Shown: positions 30,976-43,690 of the stretch, in pieces
Position numbering within the stretch: the first letter of the stretch is position 1
Layout: each line of letters starts with the position of its first letter
Origin: Prochlorococcus sp. AG-402-K14
Lineage (GTDB): Bacteria; Cyanobacteriota; Cyanobacteriia; PCC-6307; Cyanobiaceae
Reading direction: 5' to 3'
Length of the DNA: 64,000 bases
Assembly: GCA_003216815.1 (NCBI GenBank)
Contig: QCIG01000007.1
Location: forward strand, 3,571-67,570
Notes under the pieces: model-generated
Seen by the model: the letters and a program-made list of their open reading frames with translations, nothing else
Databases searched by the model: none
Told to the model about the DNA's origin: nothing
Position numbers and translations under genes: made by a program

Positions 30976-31803
30976 TTAGATTTTGAATAAACTCAGCCAA
31001 AATTCTTTGGGATTAGTTGACATTTTTAATTCTTTTTTGTTTATTTTTTGAATTGGACGACAACTTAAACTATTGATTAAAAACCATTCATCATTATCTT
31101 TTGGTGTCGCTTCAATGAGAGCTTCTTTTATTATATTCAAATCAATTCCTCGTTGACGCATTATGCCAGGTAGACAACCACTATTAGATGGTGGAGTCAA
31201 CCAATTATTTTCTCTTTTTACTAATATATTTGCTGTAGTGGCGCAACATATTTCACCTTGATTATTTAATAATATTGCATCATTAAAGCCTGCATTCTTT
31301 GCTTCTATGCGCGCTTGAATCCCTTGGTTATAGGAAAATGTTTTACAATAACTCAATCGGCTAAAAGAATTTCTTCTTTCAGTTTGACTAATTATTGTAG
31401 ATATTGATCCAAAATTTGGTTGACAAGAATCTATCTCCAACCAAAAACTATGATGGCTTGTCTTGTTGATATCAATTCCACGTTGTTTTGATACTCCTCG
31501 AGTCCAATTAATACGAATTACTCCATTGTCATTATTTAATTGCGATCGGTTAATACCATCTTCAATGAGTGAAATCAACCATTCTTTTGATGGTGGAGGA
31601 TTCATTTCTAAAATACTTGCACTTTTTTCCCATCTATTTAAATGCTCATTAAGAAGCTGCGGAACGCCATTCAAAATGAAAATCGTTTCAAAGATTCCAT
31701 CTGCAAAGTTGAGACCTCGATCATTAATTGGCACTTTTAAATCTTTGAAGATTCCCCAGTGACCATTAATCCAGCCTAATTTTTCGTTCTTATTTTCAGT
31801 CAT
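30976..31803 (-). CDS. pabC: Aminotransferase class IV, probable aminodeoxychorismate lyase (start ATG 31803)
   Basis: Motifs DRGLNFADGIFET, HLNR, KTFSY and GCLPGIMR; ATGA overlap with the pabB stop. Confidence 0.8.
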   Translation of the reverse strand: MTENKNEKLGWINGHWGIFKDLKVPINDRGLNFADGIFETIFILNGVPQLLNEHLNRWEKSASILEMNPPPSKEWLISLIEDGINRSQLNNDNGVIRINWTRGVSKQRGIDINKTSHHSFWLEIDSCQPNFGSISTIISQTERRNSFSRLSYCKTFSYNQGIQARIEAKNAGFNDAILLNNQGEICCATTANILVKRENNWLTPPSNSGCLPGIMRQRGIDLNIIKEALIEATPKDNDEWFLINSLSCRPIQKINKKELKMSTNPKEFWLSLFKI

Positions 31804-33140
31804 GTTAATGCGTTTAAAAGTGGCATCAATTTCCAATTCATTTCCTCAGCTTCCTTTTGACTATCTGAGTCTGCAACAATTCCACATCCAGCATGAGCAC
31901 TGATAGAGGATTCTTTAATCATTAAAGATCGAATGAGAATATTGCTATCAAGGACCCCATCCCAATTTATATTTAATATTGATCCACAATATGGACCTCT
32001 CGCTGTTGGTTCAAGTTCATACAATCTTTTACATGCTCTAAGCTTCGGTGCTCCTGTTACTGAACCTCCTGGCCAGCATGCTTCAAGCAAGTCAACCCAA
32101 GTTTTATTTGTTTTGAGTCTACCTTTAACTACTGAAGTGAGATGATGAACTTGTGAATAGCTTTCTAAAACTAGTAGATGAGGGACTTGGATTGAACCAT
32201 GTTGGCATACTCTTCCAAGATCATTTCTTAGTAGATCTACAATCATTACATTCTCAGCATGATCTTTTGGACTACAAATAAGCTCTGCTGCCCAATCAGC
32301 ATCTTTTTCTGGATCTCTATCTCTGGGTCTAGTTCCTTTGATTGGTCTCGTTTCCACCTCACCACTGGGTAACGCTTTTAAAAATCTTTCTGGTGAAGTT
32401 GATATAATAGCTTCTCCTTTTGCCATCTGATCCCCGATAATTACTCCAGCAAATGGAGCAGGGGAGCATTTTTTAAGTTTTGAATATACGTCTATTGGAC
32501 GCATGGATTCTGGCAATGGGGCTTGGCATGAGGTAGTTAGATTAGCCTGAAAAATATCACCGTTCGCAATCCATTCTTTGATCTCATCAACTCTTTCAGA
32601 ATATTCTTGACTTGTTAACCTCCAGACCCAAGACTCTAGGGGAATACTATGTTTGCGTTCTGCTTGTTTTGCTTCTTCACTGTCTGGTTTGGCAAGCTTT
32701 TGATGAAAAGTACTTTTTAGAAAATTTTCCATAATTGAGATGCGCTTTTCATCTTTGCCTTCTAGCCATAGCTCTTGATTTTGAAGATCAAATTTTAATA
32801 TAGGGTCATGAGAGGCTATCCATAAAGTTGCCATAGAACTTGTTTGCCATGGATTTTGTGGCTCTGTCCAAGATGCAGCTTCATAACTCAACCAACCAGT
32901 CCAGTGCCCTGGCGGTAATTCGCGTAAAATTTTAAAAGGATTAGAATCCTTTTTTGAAATTTCTAATTCTCTAGAACAAAACTGTTCTAGAGGATTAATT
33001 CCTAAGGTGACCCATCGACCTAAATCACTCCCATCGCCATCAAGCCATATAAATCCTGCCTCTCCCCATTCTTGAATCAATTTATAAGCTACTAGTTCAG
33101 GTGATTTCCACTGACATAGTAGTCGCTTAATGTTATTCAC
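31800..33140 (-). CDS. pabB: Aminodeoxychorismate synthase component I (chorismate-binding)
   Basis: Motifs GDIFQANL, SPERF, TRPIKGTRPR, AENVMIVDLLRND and GGSVTGAPK. Confidence 0.9.
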   Translation of the reverse strand: MNNIKRLLCQWKSPELVAYKLIQEWGEAGFIWLDGDGSDLGRWVTLGINPLEQFCSRELEISKKDSNPFKILRELPPGHWTGWLSYEAASWTEPQNPWQTSSMATLWIASHDPILKFDLQNQELWLEGKDEKRISIMENFLKSTFHQKLAKPDSEEAKQAERKHSIPLESWVWRLTSQEYSERVDEIKEWIANGDIFQANLTTSCQAPLPESMRPIDVYSKLKKCSPAPFAGVIIGDQMAKGEAIISTSPERFLKALPSGEVETRPIKGTRPRDRDPEKDADWAAELICSPKDHAENVMIVDLLRNDLGRVCQHGSIQVPHLLVLESYSQVHHLTSVVKGRLKTNKTWVDLLEACWPGGSVTGAPKLRACKRLYELEPTARGPYCGSILNINWDGVLDSNILIRSLMIKESSISAHAGCGIVADSDSQKEAEEMNWKLMPLLNALT

Positions 33141-33817
33141 TAGATATTTTGGCTACATAGATCTTCTCGACCTATTTCTTTTAATGCTTTATCTCTAATA
33201 CGACAACTATCACATCTACCACACGGTTTACTTTCACCTTGATAGCAACTCCATGTTTTTTCTATAGGAATTTTTAAGCGTAATGCTTCTTTAAAGATTT
33301 TTGTTTTTTCCCAATCTAGTAGTGGAGCCCAGAGTTTTATACCTTTCCCCTCGCGTCCTACTTTGCTGGATAAATTGGCTAATTCTTGATATGCCTCTAA
33401 ATAATCCGGTCTACAGTCTGGATAGCCAGAATAATCCATTGCATTGATACCTAATGCTATTCGATTGGCTCCACGAGCTTCTGCAAGACTTAACCCAATA
33501 GCAACAAAGATAGTGTTTCTACCTGGAACGTAAGTGTTAGGAATAGTATTTTTTTGTATGCCTTTAGTGGGAATTATTTGTGACGTGTCGGTCAAGGAGG
33601 ACCCACCCCAAGAAGATAAATCAATCTTAATTGTTATGTGATCCTCAAGATTTAAATCTTTTGCTAAATCTGCGGCTGCTTCTAACTCCTTAAGATGTCG
33701 TTGGCCATAATCAAACGATAATCCAATCACTTTTTGTTCAGCTTCCATAGCTATACAAGCAGCTGTAGCTGAATCAATTCCTCCGGAAAGTAATGCAATT
33801 GTTGTCTGTTCAATCAT
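33140..33817 (-). CDS. queC: 7-cyano-7-deazaguanine synthase
   Basis: Motifs [25 protein letters not shown] and TWSCY...CGRCDSC. Confidence 0.97.
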   Translation of the reverse strand: MIEQTTIALLSGGIDSATAACIAMEAEQKVIGLSFDYGQRHLKELEAAADLAKDLNLEDHITIKIDLSSWGGSSLTDTSQIIPTKGIQKNTIPNTYVPGRNTIFVAIGLSLAEARGANRIALGINAMDYSGYPDCRPDYLEAYQELANLSSKVGREGKGIKLWAPLLDWEKTKIFKEALRLKIPIEKTWSCYQGESKPCGRCDSCRIRDKALKEIGREDLCSQNI

Positions 33818-33863
33818 TATTTTTTTTAAATCTAATGAAGCAAAATCTCATTTATCTAGATGG

Positions 33864-34505
33864 TTAGAGTACACCTAGCCATTTGTGAGTTTGCATACTT
33901 AATCTCCAATCAGGATTGTTTTTTACATACTTGATTGCGAGTGTTTGCCCTTCTTCATTTTCCCATCCTGCTTGCAAAAATAATTGAGGTTTAATCTTTC
34001 CATTATTTTTTATTAAATCAGCCATTTTTTTAGCAAAAAGTAAATCTTCAGCATTCTGTATGACAACTTTTAATTCTTGGCAAGATAACAGATTATCAAG
34101 GCGTGGAGGAGAATGCCGTTTAGGAGATAATGTTATCCAATCTGGGTTGCCACTTAGTGCATCTACGCCACTTGTTTCGAGATGAATTGGAATAGATTTT
34201 TTCTCTATATTGAGTGTAGATTTTCTAATTTCTCTGCATAGATGATCTAAATTATGATGCAATGGCTCACCTCCAGTGATTACAACAAAAGCTGCACCTT
34301 CTTTTTGCGCTTTGGCTGTGCTAATTGATAAATCTATCAAAGTTTGTTGTGGATGAAGTTCGGAATTCCATGAATTTTTCGTATCACACCAAGGACATCC
34401 AACTTTACAGCTAGCTAATCTGATGAAGTAAGCGCTTCTACCAGCATGTTCTCCTTCTCCTTGTAGAGAATGAAAACATTCCACTACTGGTAGAGATGGT
34501 TCCAT
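33864..34505 (-). CDS. queE: 7-carboxy-7-deazaguanine synthase (radical SAM)
   Basis: Motifs SLQGEG, CKVGCPWCD, ITGGEP and SMQTHK. Confidence 0.95.
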   Translation of the reverse strand: MEPSLPVVECFHSLQGEGEHAGRSAYFIRLASCKVGCPWCDTKNSWNSELHPQQTLIDLSISTAKAQKEGAAFVVITGGEPLHHNLDHLCREIRKSTLNIEKKSIPIHLETSGVDALSGNPDWITLSPKRHSPPRLDNLLSCQELKVVIQNAEDLLFAKKMADLIKNNGKIKPQLFLQAGWENEEGQTLAIKYVKNNPDWRLSMQTHKWLGVL

Positions 34506-36173
<1,668 letters not shown>

Positions 36174-36276
36174 TTACTTTTCAATCATTCTTTAAGCTAC
36201 CTTGATCAAGGTAAAGACCAAGAAATTTACATATTTTCTCTTTAGGATAATGTTTTTACCGTTAATTTCTATCAAT

Positions 36277-38133
36277 TCAATCGGGATCTATCCAAGTAGA
36301 AGCTATATGGAGGTCTTCTAATTGCTTGTTTGCCACGTTTGCAGGGGCTTTAGCCATGGAACAACGAGCTTGTTGTGTTTTTGGAAAAGCAATAGTATCT
36401 CTAATTGAATCTTCATTGGATAAGAGCATAACTATTCTGTCCAGTCCAAATGCAATCCCACCATGTGGAGGAGCACCCATTGAGAGCGCATCAATTAAAA
36501 AACCAAATTGCTCTTCTGCTTCATTTTTAGATAGACCAATTATTTCTAGTACGGTTTTTTGAAGTTCTGAGTTGTGAATTCTTAAAGATCCTCCACCAAT
36601 TTCTAATCCATTAAGAACTAGATCATACGCTTGAGCATTTGAATTGGGTAATTTGTCTTTCCATAAGCTTTCTGATTCACCAATATCTTCAGGCTTTGGA
36701 GCGCAGAAGGGATGATGAATTGCTTCAAGACGATTTTCATCAGAATTAAATTCAAACATAGGAAAATCAGTGACCCAAAGAAAATTCCATTGCGTTTTTA
36801 ATTCGTTGTCTGAGATTATTTTTAGATCTTTCGCAACAAATTGACGAACTCTATCTAAGGTTCTATTGACAATGTTTGTTGGTCCTGCACCAAAAAGGAT
36901 TAGATCACCAGGTTTAGAGTTTGTTTTTAATATAAGTTCTTTTATTTGTGATGTTGTTAAATTATCTTTGATGGCTCCAATAGTATCGACTTCCTCATGA
37001 TCCCGAACTCTAATAAATGCTAGTCCGCCAGCTCCAGCTTTTTGGGCTTCGCTAAAAATATCTCCGCCTGGTTTTATTCTTACATTACTAATTAAATTAT
37101 TTCCATCCTCGATTGTGATGCATTTTACGCATCCACCAGAAGAAATAGCGTTTGAAAATACTTTAAATCCACTTTTTGAGAATAAATCGCTTGTTTCGAC
37201 CAGCTCCATATCGTATCTGGTGTCAGGCCTGTCAGTCCCAAATCGATCCATAGCCTCTTGCCAAGTCATCCTCGGAAATGGAGTTGGCAGATCAATCCCT
37301 TTAATTGTTTTCCAGATAGATACTATTAATTTTTCATTTAATTCAATTATCTCGTTTTCTTCCATAAAACTCATTTCAATATCTAATTGAGTAAATTCTG
37401 GTTGCCTGTCTGCTCGTAAATCTTCATCACGAAAACAACGTGCGACTTGGTAATAACGTTCAATGCCTCCAACCATCAATAATTGTTTGAATAATTGTGG
37501 CGATTGCGGTAAAGCAAAAAATTCGCCACCACAAACACGTGAAGGTACCAAGTAATCTCGAGCTCCTTCAGGCGTTGATCGAGTTAAAACAGGTGTTTCA
37601 ACTTCTATAAATCCTTCATTTTCAAGAAAACTTCTAGCGGCTCTAACTGTTTTATGTCTTAATTTCAGATTATTATTCATTTTTTCTCTCCTGAGATCTA
37701 GATATCTATGCTTCAGCCTGAGTTCTTCTTTGATATTCTCATCATCATCATGAATTGAAACTGAGAAAGGTAGAGTATTGGTCACAGCATTGAGTATTTT
37801 TATTTGTTCAGCTAAAATTTCTATTTCACCTGTTGGGATTTTTTTGTTGATAGCTTCATCAGGTCTTGCTCTCACTAAGCCATGGATTTGAAGGACAGTC
37901 TCATTTCTAAGACTTTCAGCAATGCCGAATAAATCTTTTCCTTGTTCTGGATCAACTGTGATTTGAATAGTTCCAGAGCGATCTCTCAGATCAATAAAAA
38001 TCACCCCGCCATGATCCCTTCTACGATCAACCCAACCACATAGTTGAACATTTGCGCCTATTGCGGAAGCTCGTAGTTCTCCACAAGTTTTATTGCGCAT
38101 AAACCCATTCATCATGAACAATGAGTTTCCCAC
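36277..38133 (-). CDS. aspS: Aspartate-tRNA ligase (start may be ATG 38100)
   Basis: Motifs [39 protein letters not shown] and GAPPHGG. Confidence 0.98.
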   Translation of the reverse strand: MGNSLFMMNGFMRNKTCGELRASAIGANVQLCGWVDRRRDHGGVIFIDLRDRSGTIQITVDPEQGKDLFGIAESLRNETVLQIHGLVRARPDEAINKKIPTGEIEILAEQIKILNAVTNTLPFSVSIHDDDENIKEELRLKHRYLDLRREKMNNNLKLRHKTVRAARSFLENEGFIEVETPVLTRSTPEGARDYLVPSRVCGGEFFALPQSPQLFKQLLMVGGIERYYQVARCFRDEDLRADRQPEFTQLDIEMSFMEENEIIELNEKLIVSIWKTIKGIDLPTPFPRMTWQEAMDRFGTDRPDTRYDMELVETSDLFSKSGFKVFSNAISSGGCVKCITIEDGNNLISNVRIKPGGDIFSEAQKAGAGGLAFIRVRDHEEVDTIGAIKDNLTTSQIKELILKTNSKPGDLILFGAGPTNIVNRTLDRVRQFVAKDLKIISDNELKTQWNFLWVTDFPMFEFNSDENRLEAIHHPFCAPKPEDIGESESLWKDKLPNSNAQAYDLVLNGLEIGGGSLRIHNSELQKTVLEIIGLSKNEAEEQFGFLIDALSMGAPPHGGIAFGLDRIVMLLSNEDSIRDTIAFPKTQQARCSMAKAPANVANKQLEDLHIASTWIDPD

Positions 38134-38171
38134 AAAGATGGGCTTTTGTGCACAGTAGAGTTTTTACTTGC

Positions 38172-39290
38172 TCAAAAACTTTTTCTATAGAAAGGTCGTT
38201 TGACGATAATCGCAGGGTGTTTCTTTCCTCTAATTTCTATTTCTATTTGAGTGTTTACTTTTGAAATTTCGTCAGGCACATAAGCAAGAGCTATGGGCTC
38301 TTGCAATGTTGGAGACCACGTTCCGCTAGTTATTATTCCAACAGTTTCGTTGTTGTATAAAACTGGATACCCTTTTCTAGCAATTCCTTTATCTTGTACC
38401 TTGATACCAACAAGTTTTTTTCTAGTTCCTTCATCGGCTTGTTTTTCTAGAGCTTTCCTACCTATGAAATCATTAGGCATTTCTAAATGTACTAACCAAC
38501 CTAAGCCAGCCTCAAATGGAGTTGTTTCTAAGTTGATATCGTTGCCGTATAAATGCATTGCTGCCTCTAATCGCAGTGTATCTCTTGCACCAAGTCCACA
38601 TGGTGTAACTCCCGATGCAAATAGATTTTTCCAAATGGATTTTGCTGTTTCTGCAGATGATAAAAATTCAAAACCCTCTTCTCCTGTATAACCAGTTCGT
38701 GCAATAAAAATAGGCGCACGTGAGTTGATTAGGTTTGAGTTCGATGTAATAGTTCTGTGCCCAAAACGAGGTAAATCGTTTAGAGGTTCTTTAAGAATAT
38801 TTTCCAATGTATTTATTGATTCTGGTCCTTGTAGAGCTATTAAAGCTCCTCCAGGCATGTACTCGGATATTGTGATTTCGTATTTACTAAGATTCAATTT
38901 TAACCATTGAATGTCTGATTCTTTTCTTGCGGCATTAATTACTAGAACTATACTTTCTTCTTTTGTATTTAAATTTTCTTGATCATAAATGATTAGATCG
39001 TCTTGTATTCCCCCGTTTTCTTTTAACAAGAGTGTGTAACACGCTTCACCAGGTCCTATGCGAAAAAGGTCTGAAGGTACCAAATTTTGTAATGCAATCT
39101 TGACATTTTTACCTTTTAATTTAATAACACCCATATGCGATATATCGAACATCCCTACTTTTTTTCTTACTGCATTGTGTTCTTCTATTAACCCAGCAAA
39201 ACTGACCGGCATTTCCCAATTTGCAAAAGGGATCATTTTCCCTCCTAATTCTTTGCATTCTTGATAAAGAGGAGTTTGCAGTAATTTCAT
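38172..39290 (-). CDS. gcvT: Glycine cleavage system T protein
   Basis: Motifs FDISHMG, RTGYTGEEGFE and GLGARDTLRLEA. Confidence 0.97.
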   Translation of the reverse strand: MKLLQTPLYQECKELGGKMIPFANWEMPVSFAGLIEEHNAVRKKVGMFDISHMGVIKLKGKNVKIALQNLVPSDLFRIGPGEACYTLLLKENGGIQDDLIIYDQENLNTKEESIVLVINAARKESDIQWLKLNLSKYEITISEYMPGGALIALQGPESINTLENILKEPLNDLPRFGHRTITSNSNLINSRAPIFIARTGYTGEEGFEFLSSAETAKSIWKNLFASGVTPCGLGARDTLRLEAAMHLYGNDINLETTPFEAGLGWLVHLEMPNDFIGRKALEKQADEGTRKKLVGIKVQDKGIARKGYPVLYNNETVGIITSGTWSPTLQEPIALAYVPDEISKVNTQIEIEIRGKKHPAIIVKRPFYRKSF

Positions 39291-39422
39291 TGTTTGATGA
39301 ACAGTACTTTGAAATTCATTAATTAGTGAAATGAATCTAGAAGAATTTCTAAGATCAAATTTAATGCTTTGTGGCTTGATACGGAAAGTTTTACTAATCT
39401 ATGATTCTCGATTGGTGACTCA

Positions 39423-39647
39423 ATGACTGCACAACGATGTTGTAGGAGCTGTAATCAGTGTGTCTCAAGTGATTTTGATTCATTCTCATGGTGCAAACTG
39501 AGAAAAATTAAAATTCATTCTGAGATTGCTTCATTTGTTGCTTGTTATCATTGGATTAAAAAAGAACCAAATTTACCACAATTTTCTGACCAATTTGTTC
39601 ATCAACAACTCGATTTTGGAAAGGGATTAGTTTCAAATGAGAATTAA
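39423..39647 (+). CDS. Small Cys-rich hypothetical protein
   Basis: CCRSCNQC...WC...ACYHW; ATG start; fills the intergenic space. Confidence 0.65.
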   Translation: MTAQRCCRSCNQCVSSDFDSFSWCKLRKIKIHSEIASFVACYHWIKKEPNLPQFSDQFVHQQLDFGKGLVSNEN

Positions 39648-39664
39648 AATCTAAGTATGAGGGA

Positions 39665-40558
39665 TTATTTGTCTAATAACATAATGAGTGAACGTATAAC
39701 TTTTGCTGCAAGAATACTACTAATACCTGAATTGTCTAATTTAGGAGATAGTTCTACCACATCGGCACCAATTAAATTATGAGACTTAATAACATCTATT
39801 ATTGATGCATAATCTCCCCAGAAATATCCTCCTGGTTCAGGAGTGCCTGTTCCTGGCATTATAGATGGATCAAACCAATCCAAATCAAAAGTTAAATAGA
39901 TTGGTTTCCCTTTAAAATTTTTTAGAGCTTCATCTAAATATTTGGCATTCTCTCCAGAAGCATGTTGAATTAATCTTTTGGCATTATTCATTTCAAGAAA
40001 TTCTGATTTTGTTCCACTTCTTATTCCTATTTGAAAGATCTTTTTGCTAGGCAGTATTTCTAAACATCTTTTCATGCTGCATGCATGACTATATTTACTA
40101 CCTAACCATTCATCTCTAAGATCTGCATGAGCATCTAATTGAATTATAATTAATTCAGGATAATTAGTAATTATTGATTTAATAACTCCACTGGTTATTG
40201 AATGTTCTCCACCAATAATAAGAGGTTTTAAATTGTTTCTAAGTAAAATATCTGTCGCATCTCGTACATAATCAATTGTTAACTTTGCGTCTCCAAGTGG
40301 AACATCTAATGAACCTAAATCAGCAAATTTTATATCCTCTAAATCTAAATTTAATTGAGGACAATATGTTTCAATTGCACAACTATCTTCTCTGACAGCA
40401 TAAGGACCAAATCTTGCACCAGGTCTAAAGCAACAAGTTCCATCATACGGAACTCCTAATAGCGCAACTTTGCATTGATCGATGCTTCTTTGCGCGCCCA
40501 TAAATATTGCACCATCGTTATTAAATTGAGATAGATCTTTGAGGTTGGATTTGGTCAT
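39665..40558 (-). CDS. speB: Agmatinase
   Basis: Motifs [13 protein letters not shown] and DLDWFDP...GTGTPEPGG. Confidence 0.95.
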   Translation of the reverse strand: MTKSNLKDLSQFNNDGAIFMGAQRSIDQCKVALLGVPYDGTCCFRPGARFGPYAVREDSCAIETYCPQLNLDLEDIKFADLGSLDVPLGDAKLTIDYVRDATDILLRNNLKPLIIGGEHSITSGVIKSIITNYPELIIIQLDAHADLRDEWLGSKYSHACSMKRCLEILPSKKIFQIGIRSGTKSEFLEMNNAKRLIQHASGENAKYLDEALKNFKGKPIYLTFDLDWFDPSIMPGTGTPEPGGYFWGDYASIIDVIKSHNLIGADVVELSPKLDNSGISSILAAKVIRSLIMLLDK

Positions 40559-41421
40559 GTTTTTGCAAGCTCCCTTTCTATGAATGCAGGAATAGTGTTA
40601 AATGCACCTTGTTGCCATCGCTCACTCCAAATCTGACAACTTTCAGAGATCTCTTTGACACGACTTTCTTTTGGATTCATGTATTTTGGCCTATTCATAG
40701 ATGCAAATGTCCAGCTCCATAAACCGCTTGGGTATATGGATACAGATCCATACATTGGATCTGCGTAGTCAAAAATTTCACGAAGAACTTTGACAATATT
40801 TATATGAATTTGCTGAAAAGATTCTGGCGATTCACTTTGTGTTGCTAAAACTCCACCTGGTTTAAGTATTCGTTTGCAATCTTGTAGAAAAGAATTGCTG
40901 AATAATTCTTTGGACGGTCCAATAGGATCTGCACCATCAATAATGATCACATCATATGAATTCTCTTTTGTATGTTTTACCCAATCAATTCCATTTTTTA
41001 TCTGTAAATTCAATCTTGAGTCAGACCATGCATTTCCTCCGATAGTAGGTAAATACTTTTTACTTAATTCAATAACTCTTAGATCGATCTCAACTAAATC
41101 GATCGACTTAACCTCTTTGTATTTTAAACATTCTCTTGCACTACCCCCATCACCTCCTCCAATAATTAAAATATTTTCTATTTGTGTAGAAGAACACAAG
41201 GCAGGATGAATAAGACATTCGTGATAACATTTTTCAGACTTTTCTGCTGTCATCCAACAATCATCAAGTAATAGTGCTTTGCCATATCTTTTGCTTGCAT
41301 ATATGGTAATTCTTTGATAAGGACTAGCCTCTTCTAATATTACTTTTCCCTGTAGTCCATATCGAACACCTTGATGATACTCGTCAAGCCAATCTGAATT
41401 TATTTTTAGTTTGTTTTTCAT
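40555..41421 (-). CDS. speE: Spermidine synthase
   Basis: Motifs [20 protein letters not shown] and [10 protein letters not shown]. Confidence 0.95.
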   Translation of the reverse strand: MKNKLKINSDWLDEYHQGVRYGLQGKVILEEASPYQRITIYASKRYGKALLLDDCWMTAEKSEKCYHECLIHPALCSSTQIENILIIGGGDGGSARECLKYKEVKSIDLVEIDLRVIELSKKYLPTIGGNAWSDSRLNLQIKNGIDWVKHTKENSYDVIIIDGADPIGPSKELFSNSFLQDCKRILKPGGVLATQSESPESFQQIHINIVKVLREIFDYADPMYGSVSIYPSGLWSWTFASMNRPKYMNPKESRVKEISESCQIWSERWQQGAFNTIPAFIERELAKT

Positions 41422-41424
41422 AAT

Positions 41425-42237
41425 TTAATGCTTGAGATTAATCTTCGCTAACTCCCAGTATTTCTCTAATTTCTTTTTTGATTGTGAATGTAATTCGCCC
41501 TCTATATTTGCTTCTATATATGCTAATCGTTCTAGGAATCTTTGGTTAGTTTTTGCTAATCCTTCTTCTATCGATATTTTATTCCATCTTGCAATATTGA
41601 TCAATGTAAATAATACGTCTCCTATTTCAGCTTCAGCCTCGGAAGTTTTTTCTTTTTTTATTGCATCTTTCAATTCTTCTAATTCTTCATATAATTTATC
41701 CCAGATTTGATCAAAGTTTCCCCATTCGAATCCGTTTTTGGAAGCTTTATTTGAGATAATTAGTGCTGCTTTTGTCGCAGGTTGTGGTCTGATCTTTAAT
41801 TTTAATCGGTCACTAATTGGTGTCTTTGAATCATTTAATGGTCTTTCATTATTCTTGATTTCTTCCCAAGAGTCTTCCACTTCTTTGATACTAACTTTTG
41901 CTTTATTGTGAAATACATGTGGATGCCTTCGAATTATCTTTTCAGTGATTATGTCAATGATGTCTGTCATATCAAATAAGTTTTTTTCTTGTGCTATTTG
42001 AGCATGCAATATGATTTGCAATAACAGATCTCCAAGCTCTTCTTTTAGTGCATTAGGATTCTCTTCTCGTATTGCGTGAGCAACTTCATAAGCTTCCTCT
42101 AGAACATATGGGATTAAAGAAAGATGAGTTTGCTGGAGATCCCAAGGACAGCCATTGATTGGATCTCTTAGGTCTGACACTACTTCAAGGAGTTTATTGA
42201 TTTTTCCTTCTGAATTTATTTGGTTTGTGTTAGTCAT
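41425..42237 (-). CDS. mazG: Nucleoside triphosphate pyrophosphohydrolase
   Basis: GCPWD, EEAYEV, EELGDLL and RRHPHVF; second domain with EIGDVLF. Confidence 0.96.
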   Translation of the reverse strand: MTNTNQINSEGKINKLLEVVSDLRDPINGCPWDLQQTHLSLIPYVLEEAYEVAHAIREENPNALKEELGDLLLQIILHAQIAQEKNLFDMTDIIDIITEKIIRRHPHVFHNKAKVSIKEVEDSWEEIKNNERPLNDSKTPISDRLKLKIRPQPATKAALIISNKASKNGFEWGNFDQIWDKLYEELEELKDAIKKEKTSEAEAEIGDVLFTLINIARWNKISIEEGLAKTNQRFLERLAYIEANIEGELHSQSKKKLEKYWELAKINLKH

Positions 42238-42377
42238 TTCTAGTTATCTGGGGAGAGCTGTTACTAAGCTCGGAAACGATTTTTTTTGAATCGTAGATCT
42301 AATTTTGGTTAATTATCAACAACAGAGCAGCTTGAGGTATAAAGTACATGAATTAGTCTAAGGACTAAAAGTTGTAT

Positions 42378-42449
<72 letters not shown>

Positions 42450-42468
42450 TCTAAATTTTTCTTTATTT

Positions 42469-42828
42469 ATGCATAATGGTCCTGGATTAAAAATTTCAGC
42501 AACAGCAGTATCAGAGTTAAATAGGCAAGCTGCTTTTACTGGATCTCCTGGAGTGATGCATATTGATTTATTAGATGACAAGTGTGGAGAGGGATGGAAA
42601 TTTATCAGAATTAGACCTGGAAAAAATGATGGTGTTCCACTCGCCAGAGCTGACGGGATTACTTTGTATGCTCCCCAAGATCAAATCTTATTTTTTCAAG
42701 GTCTCAAGCTGAATTATTTTGGTGATTTAAGTGGAGGTGGATTTCTGATTAGCACTCCAAAAGGGGCAGAATCTTCTCCATGTGGATCAGGTTTTAGAAA
42801 ACTATCAAAAGTGCAAGAATTTTTATAA
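42469..42828 (+). CDS. HesB/IscA-like protein
   Basis: LKISATAVSEL, a central Cys, GLKLNY and GGGFLISTP...PCGSGF. Confidence 0.7.
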   Translation: MHNGPGLKISATAVSELNRQAAFTGSPGVMHIDLLDDKCGEGWKFIRIRPGKNDGVPLARADGITLYAPQDQILFFQGLKLNYFGDLSGGGFLISTPKGAESSPCGSGFRKLSKVQEFL

Positions 42829-42846
42829 AACAATAGAGAATTGAAC

Positions 42847-43098
42847 TTATTCTTCTGGAAACAAAATCGAAGAGAGCTCATCAGAATCAACTTCATAGAC
42901 GCGAGCTAAACTTGTCTCAATTGCGCTAGTTACTTCACCTGGTAAGAATCTCATAGCATTTAAAGCATCATCTGAGATTTCATCTGTAAGCAACTTTTCC
43001 TTACTATTTAATTTTTCATCGTTGATTACAGCGATTACCCAGCTTTGATATGCGAAAACAAGATCGGAGAACTCAAGTTCAGGGTCGTTCAGATCCAT
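42847..43098 (-). CDS. Conserved acidic hypothetical protein (start probably ATG 43098)
   Basis: MDLNDPELEFSDLVFAYQSWV...; compact ORF, no overlap with neighbours. Confidence 0.75.
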   Translation of the reverse strand: MDLNDPELEFSDLVFAYQSWVIAVINDEKLNSKEKLLTDEISDDALNAMRFLPGEVTSAIETSLARVYEVDSDELSSILFPEE

Positions 43099-43143
43099 GA
43101 CAAATAAACAGATAATGAACAATAAACACTAGTTTGGCTGTAG

Positions 43144-43617
43144 TTGGAGAAAATGTCTTCTATGGAACAAATATCTCGCACGTCTATTCAAGCAAAAGCA
43201 TTTGAGTTTGCATTGTTGGAATTAATTTATAGTAAGCGAGATAGCTTTCAGCCACTGTGGAGCGTAGATAGCTGGGTTAAATTTTTAATTTGGTTAAGTT
43301 TAAATTGTGGGCTTTCTGGAGACAAAGAAAGCCTGGAATTGTTTGCGGAGGCTATGGGCTCCCCTTTAACAAGTCGAATGAGAAAAATATTTTTTGAAAG
43401 AGCTCTAGAAGATTTGTCATTACATGTGATGGCTGACCCTGCAGAAGCGCAAGTTTTGATTATGCCTCTAGCTTTAGATAAGAGGATTAATAATAACGAC
43501 GTAGTTCAGGCTTTACAAACGATCGGGTTAAGTCAAAAGGTTTCTTTATCTTCGGCTTCATGGGAAAGACATGACTCAATAGTATCTATCCCTTGGAACG
43601 TGAAAAGTGACATTTGA
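43144..43617 (+). CDS. Conserved hypothetical protein
   Basis: 157-aa ORF (FQPLWSVDSWVKFLIW...FFER...MADPAE) upstream of valS. Confidence 0.75.
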   Translation: MEKMSSMEQISRTSIQAKAFEFALLELIYSKRDSFQPLWSVDSWVKFLIWLSLNCGLSGDKESLELFAEAMGSPLTSRMRKIFFERALEDLSLHVMADPAEAQVLIMPLALDKRINNNDVVQALQTIGLSQKVSLSSASWERHDSIVSIPWNVKSDI

Positions 43618-43690
43618 ATTTAGGAAAACCAAGAATGATGTAAAACTTTTGTCGGGAATGAGTAAATTAAATTAAACACATTTTTTTTCT

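Noticed and set aside
33140-34505. queC/queE as a 7-deazaguanine DNA-modification (dpd) island
   Set aside because: No dpdA or tgt paralogue here; the position beside pyrG and pabB fits tRNA queuosine synthesis.
39291-39422. Glycine riboswitch upstream of gcvT
   Set aside because: AT-rich spacer without the aptamer's conserved GGAGA/CCGAAG elements.
41425-42237. mazG as a phage gene or toxin-antitoxin component
   Set aside because: It is the two-domain host type, in an operon with speE-speB, with no mazEF or phage genes nearby.
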